From positions 3,262 to 67,261 of the forward strand of contig CAMDFO010000016.1 in NCBI GenBank assembly GCA_945897515.1: a stretch of DNA of 64,000 bases, written 5' to 3'. Below the pieces are notes generated by a model that saw only the letters and a list, made by a program, of their open reading frames with translations, did not search any database and was not told the origin of the DNA. The position numbers were made by a program, and so were the translations under genes. Within the stretch, counting starts at the first letter, position 1. Every line of letters begins with the position of its first letter. Shown piece by piece: positions 46,896 through 56,300 of the stretch. This stretch comes from Rhodoplanes serenus. Its GTDB lineage: Bacteria; Pseudomonadota; Alphaproteobacteria; Rhizobiales; Xanthobacteraceae.

Positions 46896-47690
46896 TCACA
46901 TTCCCCTCCCGCCCTGCGCCTTGATCGCCTCGTCGCGCACCAGGTTCCAGATCTCGTCAACCTTGTCGACGAAATGCGGGGCCTTGAACACGTCGCGGCT
47001 GTTCTTGTCGAACTTGGTGTCGACGATGGTCTTGATGCGGCCGGGACGCGCCGACATCACGGCGACGCGGTCGGCGAGATAGACCGCCTCCTGCACATCG
47101 TGGGTGACGAAGATCACGGTCTTGGGCGTGCGCTGCCAGATGCTCAGCAATTCGGTCTGCATCAGGTGGCGGGTCTGTGCATCGAGCGCGCCGAACGGTT
47201 CGTCCATCAGCAGGATCGCCGGCTCGAACGCCAGCGTGCGGGCGAGCGCGGTGCGCTGCTTCATGCCGCCGGACAATTGCGAGGGGTAGCTGTCCTCGAA
47301 ACCCGACAGGCCGACCAAGTCGACCAGCGACTGCACGCGGGCCTCACGCTGCTCGCGCGCCATGCCCTGGCGTTCCAGCCCGTAGGCGATGTTGGCGCGC
47401 ACCGTCTTCCAGGGAAACAGCGCGAAATGTTGGAACACGATGCCGCGGTCCGGTCCGGGCCCGGCGACCGGCTTGCCATCGACCGAGATCGAGCCCTTCT
47501 CGATCGGCAGAAATCCGCCCAGTAGGTACAGCAGCGTGGACTTGCCGCAACCGGAGGGACCGAGCAGCGCCAGGAATTCGCGCTGGCCGACTTGCAGCGA
47601 CACGTTCTCCAGCGCTGTCACTTCTTTGCCGCGCGTCGGCCGATAGACGTGGCTCACGCCCTCGATGACGATCTGCGGCTGGCTGCTCAT
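46896..47690 (-). CDS. ABC transporter ATP-binding protein, NitT/TauB family
   Basis: GPSGCGKST, LSGGMKQR, MDEPFGALD, VTHD. Confidence 0.95.
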   Translation of the reverse strand: MSSQPQIVIEGVSHVYRPTRGKEVTALENVSLQVGQREFLALLGPSGCGKSTLLYLLGGFLPIEKGSISVDGKPVAGPGPDRGIVFQHFALFPWKTVRANIAYGLERQGMAREQREARVQSLVDLVGLSGFEDSYPSQLSGGMKQRTALARTLAFEPAILLMDEPFGALDAQTRHLMQTELLSIWQRTPKTVIFVTHDVQEAVYLADRVAVMSARPGRIKTIVDTKFDKNSRDVFKAPHFVDKVDEIWNLVRDEAIKAQGGRGM

Positions 47691-47718
47691 GCCGACGCCT
47701 GAGCCATCGCAGGGCGTC

Positions 47719-48720
47719 CTATCTCGCCGGGACTTTGTTCAAGTAAACGTCGGTATAGGCTTTGGTCACGTCGATGGTGGCGCGCTTCACGTCCGCGTCG
47801 AACTCGCGCAGCACGTTGTAGGCGGTCTGAGCGCTGTCGCGCGAAAAGCGGCCGTCCGGCGAATACATCGGCTTGCTGGAACGGATCGAGCGAATGAAAT
47901 TGTCGGGGTTGCCGAGCGCGTGCTCCGGGGGCATCGCCTTGGCGATGTCTTCGGCGGAGCTTGCCGCGATCCATCTCAGCCCGCGCACGAAGGCGTTGAC
48001 CAGCGATTGCACGGTCTTTGGATTGTTTTGCGCATAGGCCGGCGTCAGGTACACCACCGCGGCCGGATAGAGCCCGCCGTAGATCCCGCGCGTGCCTTCC
48101 GGTGTGCGGGCGTCGGCGGCGATCTTGATCGCGTTCTCGCTGAGCAGCAGGTTGATCACCGGATCGACACTAACCAGCGCGTCGATGTCGCCGCGCTTGA
48201 TCGCCGCGACTGCGCTTGCACCCGCGCCGACGCCGATGAACGAGGCGTCCTCCGGTTTCAACCCGGCAGCCACCATCATGTGCAGAACCATGAAATGCGT
48301 GCTGGAGCCCGGCGCCGTGATGCCGATCTTCTTGCCCTTGAGGTCGGCCGGCCCGCTGTAATTCACCGACGGACGCAGCGCCAGCACGAAGCCCGGAAAC
48401 TGCCCGAGCTGCACCACCGCGACCAGCGGCTGGTTCTTGGCCTGCATCTGGATTGTATGGTCGAACGCGCCGGTGACGACGTCGGCGCTGCCGCCGATCA
48501 AGGCCTGCAGCGCACGGGAGCCGCCCGCCAGATCGGAAATCTCGACTGCCAGTCCCTCATCCTTGAAGTAGCCGAGCCTGTCGGTGACGGTGAGCGGCAG
48601 ATAATACAGCGCCGACTGTCCGCCGACCGAGAGCCGCACCTTGGTCTGGGCGTCGGCGCTCTGCGGACCCGCTGCGCACCATAAGACCAGCGCTACGGTC
48701 AAAGCCACTATCGGTTTCAT
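47719..48720 (-). CDS. ABC transporter substrate-binding protein, NitT/TauA/NMT1 family
   Basis: Signal peptide, YYLPL, GYFKDEGL, DLKGKKIGITAPGSSTH. Confidence 0.92.
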   Translation of the reverse strand: MKPIVALTVALVLWCAAGPQSADAQTKVRLSVGGQSALYYLPLTVTDRLGYFKDEGLAVEISDLAGGSRALQALIGGSADVVTGAFDHTIQMQAKNQPLVAVVQLGQFPGFVLALRPSVNYSGPADLKGKKIGITAPGSSTHFMVLHMMVAAGLKPEDASFIGVGAGASAVAAIKRGDIDALVSVDPVINLLLSENAIKIAADARTPEGTRGIYGGLYPAAVVYLTPAYAQNNPKTVQSLVNAFVRGLRWIAASSAEDIAKAMPPEHALGNPDNFIRSIRSSKPMYSPDGRFSRDSAQTAYNVLREFDADVKRATIDVTKAYTDVYLNKVPAR

Positions 48721-48785
48721 GGGGCTCCCCCCGGGGCCTCACGCCCCGTTCGCCTTCGAGTATGGCAAGCTTCGGCGCGACGCGT

Positions 48786-49955
48786 CTACGCGGTGAGTTC
48801 GCGCATAATGGCGTAGAGCGCTACCTGGCCCTCGAAGCCGATGCCGGGGCGGTCGGACAGCTTCAGATATCCGCCCTCCAGCGTGGCGTCGTCGGCGAAG
48901 CCGGCGAACGCCCCGAATACGCCGGGATAGGACTCTGCGCCGCCCAGCCCGAAACCGGCCGCGATGGCGAGCGACATCTGGTTGCCGCCGTGCGGGAACA
49001 GTGCGCTGCGCGGCCAGCCGTGGCGCTCCAGCATCGCCACGGTGCGGGCGTATTGCACGATGCCGTAGGCCTGCGGCGGATCGACCTGGATGACGTCGTT
49101 GCGCGTGGGCTTGAGCCCACCGAAACGCACGAGGTTCTCCACGTCCTGGGTCGAGAACAGGTTCTCGCCGGTGGACAGCGGCTCGCCGTAGATGCAGGCG
49201 ATTTCCGCGAGCAGCGCGAAGTCGAGCGGGTCGCACGGCTCCTCGAACCAGCGCAGCTTGAATTGCGCCAGCTCCCTGGCGTAGGCGAATGCTTCGTCGC
49301 GGTTGAATTTGGAGTTAGCGTCGACCGCGAGCAGCGTGCCTGCCGGCAGGATGCTCTTCACGGCCTCGACGCGGCGCATGTCTTCGGCGAGCGGCAGGCC
49401 GCCGACCTTCATCTTCACCATGGTGTAGCCGGCATCGAGATGGCGGCGCATCTCGTCCTGCACGTCCTTGATCGTGCCGCCGGGCGTGTACCAGCCGCCG
49501 CCGACGTAGCAGAACACCCGGTCGGCGACCTTGCCGCCGTTGTAGCGCTCGGCCAGCACGCGGTGCAGCGGCTTGCCTTCGATCTTGGCCACCGCGTCCC
49601 AGACCGCTACTTCGATGGTGCCGATCCCGACAGAGCGCTCGCTGTGGCCACCGGATTTCTCGTTCCGCATCATGACGGCGAGAATTTTCTCGGGATCGAG
49701 ATTGCTGCCGGCGGCATCGAGCAGCGACCCCGGCTCAGCCTTCAGAACGCGCGGGATGAATCGCTGGCGCATCTGCGCGCCGCAGGCATAGCGGCCGGTG
49801 GAGTTGAACGCGAAGCCCGCGACCGGCTTGCCGTCGCGCATGACGTCGGTGACGACGGCCACCACCGACGTCGTCATCTCGGAGAAGTCGAAACCGGAAT
49901 TGCGGAGTTGGGATTTCAGCGGGATCGCGGTTTCGCGAATATCGACGATGCGCAT
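48786..49955 (-). CDS. Mandelate racemase / enolase superfamily acid dehydratase, D-tartrate dehydratase (TarD)-like
   Basis: KMKVGG, VDAN, WFEEP, TGENLFS, HGG..MSL.IAAG.GLGG.ESYP; close to B. japonicum TarD as I recall it. Confidence 0.85.
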   Translation of the reverse strand: MRIVDIRETAIPLKSQLRNSGFDFSEMTTSVVAVVTDVMRDGKPVAGFAFNSTGRYACGAQMRQRFIPRVLKAEPGSLLDAAGSNLDPEKILAVMMRNEKSGGHSERSVGIGTIEVAVWDAVAKIEGKPLHRVLAERYNGGKVADRVFCYVGGGWYTPGGTIKDVQDEMRRHLDAGYTMVKMKVGGLPLAEDMRRVEAVKSILPAGTLLAVDANSKFNRDEAFAYARELAQFKLRWFEEPCDPLDFALLAEIACIYGEPLSTGENLFSTQDVENLVRFGGLKPTRNDVIQVDPPQAYGIVQYARTVAMLERHGWPRSALFPHGGNQMSLAIAAGFGLGGAESYPGVFGAFAGFADDATLEGGYLKLSDRPGIGFEGQVALYAIMRELTA

Positions 49956-49968
49956 TCAACAACCTCGG

Positions 49969-49998
49969 CTGGATCGTCCGCGAACGCGGACGATCCAG
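49969..49998. repeat. Partial REP hairpin
   Basis: CTGGATCGTCCGCG-aa-CGCGGACGATCCAG perfect palindrome sharing the ATCGTCCGCGAA.GCGGACGATCCAG core. Confidence 0.75.
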
Positions 49999-50128
49999 TA
50001 TCCATCGGCGTCCGGAGGAGGCAAGGAGAGTCTCGGAGCCTGCCTCGAACGGCACCGCCCCGTCAGGCCGATCGCTCTGGTTGCGAGTTTCGCTCGCATA
50101 TTGGACGACACGGAATATTGGCGTGGCC

Positions 50129-51118
50129 TCACTCCGCCTTGATTCCTGCTGCCTTGATGATCGGCCACCACTTCTCGATCTCGGCCTTGTGGAAGGCGCC
50201 ATGAGCCTCCGGCGTCTGCTGGTCGCGCGGGAAGATGCCTTGGCCGAGATCGGCGAGCCTTGACCGCACAGTCGCGTCCGCCAGCGCGTCCACCACCGCG
50301 GCATTGAGCTTCGCGATGATGTCTCTAGGCGTGGCCTTGGGCACCCAGAGCCCATGCCAGATCGAGACGTGGAAGTTCGGCAGCCCAGCCTCGTCGGTGG
50401 TCGGAACGTCCGGCGCCGACGCGAGCCGCGCCTTGGCGGTGACCGCATAGGCCTTGATCAGGCCGCCGCGCACCTGCGATATCGTGCCGCTTGGCTGATC
50501 GATGGTGATGTCAAGTTGTCCGGCGACGAGGTTCTGCGTCGCCGGGGCGGAGCCGCGATGCGGCACATAGACAAACTTCGTGCCGACGATCTTCTCGAAT
50601 GCAACCCCGCTGACGTGGCCCGGCCCGCCGACGCCGCCGGTGCCGAAGGTGACTCCCTCGGGACGCGCCTTCAGCCAGGCGATCAGCTCCTGCAAATTGT
50701 TCGCCGGAATGTCCTTTTTCGAGAGGATCAACTGCGGGCCGGCGCAGATCAGCGAGACCGGCGCGAAATCGTCGTGGAGGTGGTATGGCAGGTTGAAGAC
50801 CGCGCCGTTGACGACGTAGTGGTTCCAACCGCCGAGGCCGATGGTGTAGCCGTCCGGCGTTGCGCGCACGACCCGAGTGGTGCCGATTGTGCCGGTGGCG
50901 CCGGACACGTTCTCGATGACGACGTTCTGCCCAAGCGTTGCCTGCATGCGCTGGGCGAGGATGCGGCCGATCGAGTCGGTCGGCCCGCCTGCGCTGGCCG
51001 GTACGATCATGATGACCGGCCGCGACGGATAGGACTGCGCGGTTGCGATCCGCGACGCGGCTGGCAGCACGGCAGCACCTGCCGCCAGATGCAGAAAAGT
51101 TCTACGGGGCAGTTTCAT
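50129..51118 (-). CDS. Bug/TctC family substrate-binding protein with twin-arginine signal
   Basis: MKLPRRTFLHLAAGAA; YPSRPV, PASAGGPTD, PDGYT. Confidence 0.95.
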   Translation of the reverse strand: MKLPRRTFLHLAAGAAVLPAASRIATAQSYPSRPVIMIVPASAGGPTDSIGRILAQRMQATLGQNVVIENVSGATGTIGTTRVVRATPDGYTIGLGGWNHYVVNGAVFNLPYHLHDDFAPVSLICAGPQLILSKKDIPANNLQELIAWLKARPEGVTFGTGGVGGPGHVSGVAFEKIVGTKFVYVPHRGSAPATQNLVAGQLDITIDQPSGTISQVRGGLIKAYAVTAKARLASAPDVPTTDEAGLPNFHVSIWHGLWVPKATPRDIIAKLNAAVVDALADATVRSRLADLGQGIFPRDQQTPEAHGAFHKAEIEKWWPIIKAAGIKAE

Positions 51119-51148
51119 GGCGCTCCCTCTCTGACATGCTCGCGAACC

Positions 51149-52129
51149 TTAAATCTTTGGAATCTTGGCGTCCTGCATCGCCTTTCCCCACTTGGCGATC
51201 TCCGTCTTGATCCAGGCGTCGAATTCTTCGGGGGTGTTGACGACCGGCTCAAGCCCAAACGAAATCAGGCGCTCCCGAATCTCCGGCAGCGCGACAATCC
51301 TTGCGACCTCGCTGCGCCAGAGATCGATGATGGGTTTCGGCGTTCCGGCCGGAGCCACGATGCCCTGCATCGATCCGGTCACCAGTTCCGGCAGGCCGAC
51401 CTCCGTCATGGTTGGCACGTCCGGGAATTCCCGAAGGCGCTTGGCGCTCGTGAGCGCCAGCGCGCGCAGCTTGCCGTCCCTGATGTTCCCCGAGGCGTTC
51501 GACAGCGAGGTGAACGCGATCGGTGTGTGTCCGCCGATCGTCGACGTCATGGCCGGGCCGCCGCCGCTGAACGGCACATGCACCAGATCAAGCCCGAACT
51601 TGAGCTTGAACAGCTCGCCCACCAGCCGCGGCTGGGTGTTCGCGCCGGACGAGGCGAAGCTGTATTTTCCGGGATTGGCCTTCACCAGCGCGACAAGCTC
51701 TTTCACGTTGCTGGCCGGGACCGAAGGATGAACCGTCAGCGCGTGCGGGCCGGAGGCCACCAGCGTAATGGGCGCGAAGTCCTTCAAGGTATCGTACGGC
51801 AACCTGGCATGCAGGCTCGGGTTGAGAGTGTGAGCGCCGGCCGCAAACAGGACGGTGTAACCGTTGGCCTGGGCCTTCGCGACTTGGCCGGTGCCGACGA
51901 TTTCGCCGCCGCCCGGAATATTGTCGACATAGACTTGCTGCCCCCACGCTTCGGAGAGCTTTTGCGCGATCATGCGCGCGGTCACGTCGTTCGCCCCGCC
52001 AGCCGAGACCGGCACGACCATGCGGATCGAGCGTGCAGGATAACTCTGCGCCCACGCGGTTCGCGCCACCGCAGGGATCGCGACGGCGCTGCAGGCGAGG
52101 TACAGGAATTTTCGGCGGCTGGGTTTCAT
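51149..52129 (-). CDS. Bug/TctC family substrate-binding protein with twin-arginine signal
   Basis: MKPSRRKFLYLA...AWA-QSYPARSIRMVVPVSAGGAND; HVPFSGGGP. Confidence 0.94.
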   Translation of the reverse strand: MKPSRRKFLYLACSAVAIPAVARTAWAQSYPARSIRMVVPVSAGGANDVTARMIAQKLSEAWGQQVYVDNIPGGGEIVGTGQVAKAQANGYTVLFAAGAHTLNPSLHARLPYDTLKDFAPITLVASGPHALTVHPSVPASNVKELVALVKANPGKYSFASSGANTQPRLVGELFKLKFGLDLVHVPFSGGGPAMTSTIGGHTPIAFTSLSNASGNIRDGKLRALALTSAKRLREFPDVPTMTEVGLPELVTGSMQGIVAPAGTPKPIIDLWRSEVARIVALPEIRERLISFGLEPVVNTPEEFDAWIKTEIAKWGKAMQDAKIPKI

Positions 52130-52153
52130 GGTGTGCTCCGCCACAATTCCGAC

Positions 52154-52229
52154 TGTCATCGTCCGCGAAAGCGGACGATCCAGCAATCATCGACGATTGC
52201 CGGATGCCCCGTCTTCGCGGGGCATGACA
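52154..52229. repeat. REP-type palindromic element (GTCATCGTCCGCGAA subfamily)
   Basis: TGTCATCGTCCGCGAAAGCGGACGATCCAG...CCGGATGCCCCGTCTTCGCGGGGCATGACA. Confidence 0.9.
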
Positions 52230-52253
52230 TCGGTCGTTGTTCGAGGACCCTGC

Positions 52254-53219
52254 TCATATCTTCGGAATCTTCGCGTCCTCGATGACCTTCTTCCATTTCG
52301 CGATATCGGCCTTGACGTAGGCCGCGAACGACGCGGACGAGTCGCCTTCCGCCTCGACGCCAAGCTCAAGCAGTCGTGCTTTGATGTCGGACCGGTTGAC
52401 GATCGCGGAGATTTCCTTCTGAAGCAGATCGACGATCGGCCTCGGCGTTCCGGCCGGCACGAACACGCCGGTCATGGTCTCAGCCTCCTGATCCTTGATG
52501 CCGGCTTCTTCCAGGCTCGGAATTTCCGGCATCGACAGGGAGCGTTTCTTGGCCGTGACCCCGATCGCGCGCAGCTTGCCGTCCTTGATGAGGTTCACGG
52601 CGTTGCCAAGCGCGCCGCAGGCGATCGGGGTATGGCCGGCGAGCACCGATTGGGTGGACGGCCCGCCGCCCGAGAACGGAACGGTGACGAAATCGAGTTT
52701 CAGCCCGAGCTTGAGCATCTCGATCGAGAGCGACGGCGTTGTGCCGGCGCCGGGCGAGGCGACGCTGTGCTTGCCCGGCTCTTTCCTGATGAGAGCGACC
52801 AGCTCCTGCATGGTCTTGGCAGGGAAGCTCGGATTCACCAGCCACGCGTTCGGCGAGCCGCCGGCCTTGGTGACCGGGATGAAATCCTTCTCCACGTCGA
52901 ACGGCAGCTTCGCATAAAGGCTGGGGTTGACGGTGATGCTCGATGACGCGAACAGAATCGTATAGCCGTCGCCCGCCGATCGCGCGGCGTTTGCCATGCC
53001 GAGGTTGCCGCCGGCGCCGCCCTGGTTCTCGATGTAGAACTGCTGGCCAAGCTTCTTCGACAGCTCTGCCGCGATCACCCGTCCGGCAATGTCGGTCACG
53101 CCGCCGGCTGCGAACGGAATGATGATCTTCACCGGCTTGCTGGGATATTGCTGCGCGAAGGCCGAGCCGGACACCGCAAGCGCCGCACAGATCGCGGCCA
53201 AACGCACAATCATTCTCAT
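52254..53219 (-). CDS. Bug/TctC family substrate-binding protein
   Basis: YPSKPVKIIIPFAAGGVTD, ENQGGAGG, DGYTI; start MRMIVR. Confidence 0.94.
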   Translation of the reverse strand: MRMIVRLAAICAALAVSGSAFAQQYPSKPVKIIIPFAAGGVTDIAGRVIAAELSKKLGQQFYIENQGGAGGNLGMANAARSAGDGYTILFASSSITVNPSLYAKLPFDVEKDFIPVTKAGGSPNAWLVNPSFPAKTMQELVALIRKEPGKHSVASPGAGTTPSLSIEMLKLGLKLDFVTVPFSGGGPSTQSVLAGHTPIACGALGNAVNLIKDGKLRAIGVTAKKRSLSMPEIPSLEEAGIKDQEAETMTGVFVPAGTPRPIVDLLQKEISAIVNRSDIKARLLELGVEAEGDSSASFAAYVKADIAKWKKVIEDAKIPKI

Positions 53220-53266
53220 CGAAGTTCCCTCTCTCTTTTGTTTCTCGCTTTGTTTGAAGCCGCCCC

Positions 53267-54241
53267 TCATTCGATCCTCAGCTTGGCGCCGCGCACCACC
53301 TTACCCCATTTCTCGATCTCCACGGCGATGCGGGCGCCGAACTCGCCCGGCGTGTTGGCGATCGGCACGAAGCCCAGCGCCACCAGCTTTTCCCTCACGT
53401 CAGGCTGGGCGACGATCTTCGCGATCTCGCTCTGCAGCCGCTCCACGATCTCCTTCGGCGTGCCGGCCGGGGCCACGATGCCGGTCAGCGTGTCGGCCTC
53501 CTGGCCGGGAATGCCTGATTCCGCCATGGTCGGTACGTCCTTCAACGCCGCGACCCGCTTGTCCGCCATCACGGCGAGCGCACGCACTTTGTTTTCGCGA
53601 GCGGCGGTGATCGCCGGCGGCAGCGCCGTGAACGCGATCGGCGTGTGGCCCGCGATGGTGGAGGTGATGGCGGGCGCGGCGCCCGGAAACGGCACCATCA
53701 CCAGGTCGAGGCCGAACGTCAGCTTGAACAGCTCGCCGCCGAGATGCGGCGTCGAGCCGAGCGCGGGCTGCGCGTAGCTGTACTTGCCGGGGCTAGACTT
53801 GATCAGCGCGACCAGGTCCTTCGGCGTCTTGACCGGCACATCCGGGTTCACCACCAGCACGTTGGGGGATGCTGCAACCAACGTCACCGGGGTGAAATCC
53901 TTGACCGGATCGTAGGGCACTCTGGCGTACAGGCTCGGGTTGACGACAAATCCGGTGCTGACGACCAGGATGGTGTAGCCGTCAGCAGGCGCCTTCGCGA
54001 CCTGGCCGGTACCGGTGTTGCCGCCGGCGCCGGGCACGTTCTCGATGGTGAACGGCTGGCCGAAACGTTCCGCCAGCTTTTGGCCGACGATGCGCGCGAT
54101 CACGTCAGTCGGGCCGGCTGCGGCAAACGGCACGATCATGCGGACCGGCTTGCTCGGATAGTTCTGTGCCTGGGCCGCGGACGATAGAGCGAGCGTCGCC
54201 AAAGCTGCCAGCACGCGCGCAGTCATTCCCAATCCGGCCAT
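53267..54241 (-). CDS. Bug/TctC family substrate-binding protein
   Basis: YPSKPVRMIVPFAAAGPTD, ENVPGAGG, ADGYTI; start MAGLGM. Confidence 0.94.
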   Translation of the reverse strand: MAGLGMTARVLAALATLALSSAAQAQNYPSKPVRMIVPFAAAGPTDVIARIVGQKLAERFGQPFTIENVPGAGGNTGTGQVAKAPADGYTILVVSTGFVVNPSLYARVPYDPVKDFTPVTLVAASPNVLVVNPDVPVKTPKDLVALIKSSPGKYSYAQPALGSTPHLGGELFKLTFGLDLVMVPFPGAAPAITSTIAGHTPIAFTALPPAITAARENKVRALAVMADKRVAALKDVPTMAESGIPGQEADTLTGIVAPAGTPKEIVERLQSEIAKIVAQPDVREKLVALGFVPIANTPGEFGARIAVEIEKWGKVVRGAKLRIE

Positions 54242-54392
54242 GACGCTTCCCCTCGTGCCTGCAGGACTTATAGTTGTACGAATTCCGTGTCCTGCGATCG
54301 TCACACTCGACGCATGCGCGGTGCAGCGTTCCCCTATGGGTCGCGGTCCTGTATGGGGAGCGAACCGGCGTCGCCAAGCCTGAGGGATATCC

Positions 54393-55523
54393 GTGACGAA
54401 TGCAAACCTGTCCGGCCGCAACCGAATGTCGCTGCATGGCGGAAATGCCCTGAAAATCGGGCTGTTCGGCGCCAATTGCTCGTCGGGCCGTGCCGTCACC
54501 AAGGTGCCGGAGCGCTGGTCGGGAACCTGGCCTGACAATCTCAAGCTGGCGCGCATGGCCGACGAGGCGGGCATCGAGTTCATGCTGCCGATCGGCCGCT
54601 GGAAGGGTTACGGCGGCGAGACCGAGTATCAGGGCGCCACGCTCGAAACCATCACCTGGGCGTGCGGTCTGCTCCAGTCCACCAAGCGCATCACTGTGTT
54701 CGGCACGGTGCATGCCCCACTGTTTCACCCGATCATCGCCGCCAAGGAAATGGTGACCGCCGACCACATCGGGGAAGGCCGCTTCGGGCTGAACATCGTC
54801 GTCGGCTGGAACGAGGGCGAGTTCGAAATGTTCGGCGTGAAGCAGCGCGACCACGAGACCCGCTACGAGTATGCCCAGGAATGGATCGACGCCATCAGGG
54901 AAGCGTGGTCGGACCGCGAGGATTTCGATTTCGACGGACGCTTCATCAAGCTCAAGGGCGTGCGGGCGAAGCCGAAGCCCTACGGCGGCAGCCGGCCGGT
55001 GATCATGAACGCCGGCACCTCGGAAACCGGCCGGGCCTTCGCCGTGCGAAACTGCGACGCCTTTTTCATGCAGGCATCGCGCGTGTCAGCCAAGGAAACC
55101 GCCGAACGTGTTGCAGTGGTGAAGGCCGCGGCGCGCGGGCACGGCCGCGACATCGGCGTCTATACCGTGGGCGTCATCACCTGCCGGCCGACCCGCAAGG
55201 AGGCCGAGGACTACCACCATTATTGCGCCGTCGAGCACGCCGACTGGTCCGCGGTCGACAACCTGCTGGCGCTGCGCAAGGTTTTGCCGGACGCGATGTC
55301 GCCGGAAGAGTTCGCGCAACAGCGCATGCACTTCGCGCACGGCAACAGCGGGCTGCCGATCATCGGCGATCCCGATGACGTTGCGCGAACGCTGATCGAG
55401 CTGAGCCAGGCGGGCCTGACCGGGATCGCGGTGTCGCTGGTCAACTACGCGGACGAGCTCCCCTATATCGCCGCCGAGGTGCTGCCTCGGTTGGAGCGCG
55501 CGGGGCTGCGGGCGCCGGCTTAA
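54393..55523 (+). CDS. LLM-class (luciferase-like) flavin-dependent monooxygenase, RutA/SfnG-like
   Basis: KIGLFGANCSSG, MLPIGRWKGYGG, GRFGLNIVVGWN, MNAGTSETG. Confidence 0.9.
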   Translation: MTNANLSGRNRMSLHGGNALKIGLFGANCSSGRAVTKVPERWSGTWPDNLKLARMADEAGIEFMLPIGRWKGYGGETEYQGATLETITWACGLLQSTKRITVFGTVHAPLFHPIIAAKEMVTADHIGEGRFGLNIVVGWNEGEFEMFGVKQRDHETRYEYAQEWIDAIREAWSDREDFDFDGRFIKLKGVRAKPKPYGGSRPVIMNAGTSETGRAFAVRNCDAFFMQASRVSAKETAERVAVVKAAARGHGRDIGVYTVGVITCRPTRKEAEDYHHYCAVEHADWSAVDNLLALRKVLPDAMSPEEFAQQRMHFAHGNSGLPIIGDPDDVARTLIELSQAGLTGIAVSLVNYADELPYIAAEVLPRLERAGLRAPA

Positions 55524-55527
55524 CCTC

Positions 55528-56256
55528 TCACAGCGTCTCGGCGAAGAAATCGCGCATCAGCATGTAGGACGTGCGGCAGAGATTCTCGTCGTACCGAGCC
55601 GAGGGCGGATGGTTGGCAGTTGGGTCGCAGAACGAATGCACGCCGCGGCCGAACATGACGACGTGCCAATCGACCTTGGCCTTGGTGAGCTCCTCCTCGA
55701 GAGCATCCATCATCGGCTTCGGCGTTACCGGATCGGCGCGGCCGTGGATCGCCATCACCCGGCCCTTGATGTTGCAGGGCGTGCCGGGCACGACCGGATT
55801 CGGGTTGGTGACGTGGAACACGACGGTCGCCTTGAAATCCGCGCCGGCGCGCGCCTGCTCAAGGACAAAGCCGCCGCCCGCGCAATAGCCGATCGCAGCG
55901 TTCTTCGTGGGGTCGATGATGCCGAGCTTGTCCGCCTCGGCCATGAGCGCCGTGTAGGCGGCATTGCCGCAGGCGAGCGTGAAGGGGAGGTCGTTGTGCA
56001 CCGCGGTCATGCCCACCCGGAGTTCTTCTCGCGTCTTGGGCTTGTCGCCGTAACCCACGCCGAACATGTCGGCCACGAGCACGACGTGGTCCTTGCCGGC
56101 GACGGCGCGGGCTTGCTCGATCGTGTCGGCGCAGACGCCCTTCCAGTCGGGTTGGTCGAAGATGACCGGGCGCTTCGTCTTCACACTGTCGTCATAGACG
56201 ATCACGCCCTCGAATTGCCTGCCATTGACCTGGTACGGGACCTTCTTCTCCGCCAT
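55528..56256 (-). CDS. Dienelactone hydrolase family protein
   Basis: GYCAGG nucleophile elbow, IHGRADP, VHSF. Confidence 0.9.
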   Translation of the reverse strand: MAEKKVPYQVNGRQFEGVIVYDDSVKTKRPVIFDQPDWKGVCADTIEQARAVAGKDHVVLVADMFGVGYGDKPKTREELRVGMTAVHNDLPFTLACGNAAYTALMAEADKLGIIDPTKNAAIGYCAGGGFVLEQARAGADFKATVVFHVTNPNPVVPGTPCNIKGRVMAIHGRADPVTPKPMMDALEEELTKAKVDWHVVMFGRGVHSFCDPTANHPPSARYDENLCRTSYMLMRDFFAETL

Positions 56257-56300
56257 AGCACTCTCCACGCATTCTCAGTTTCTTGCTCAGTTTATCTTGC

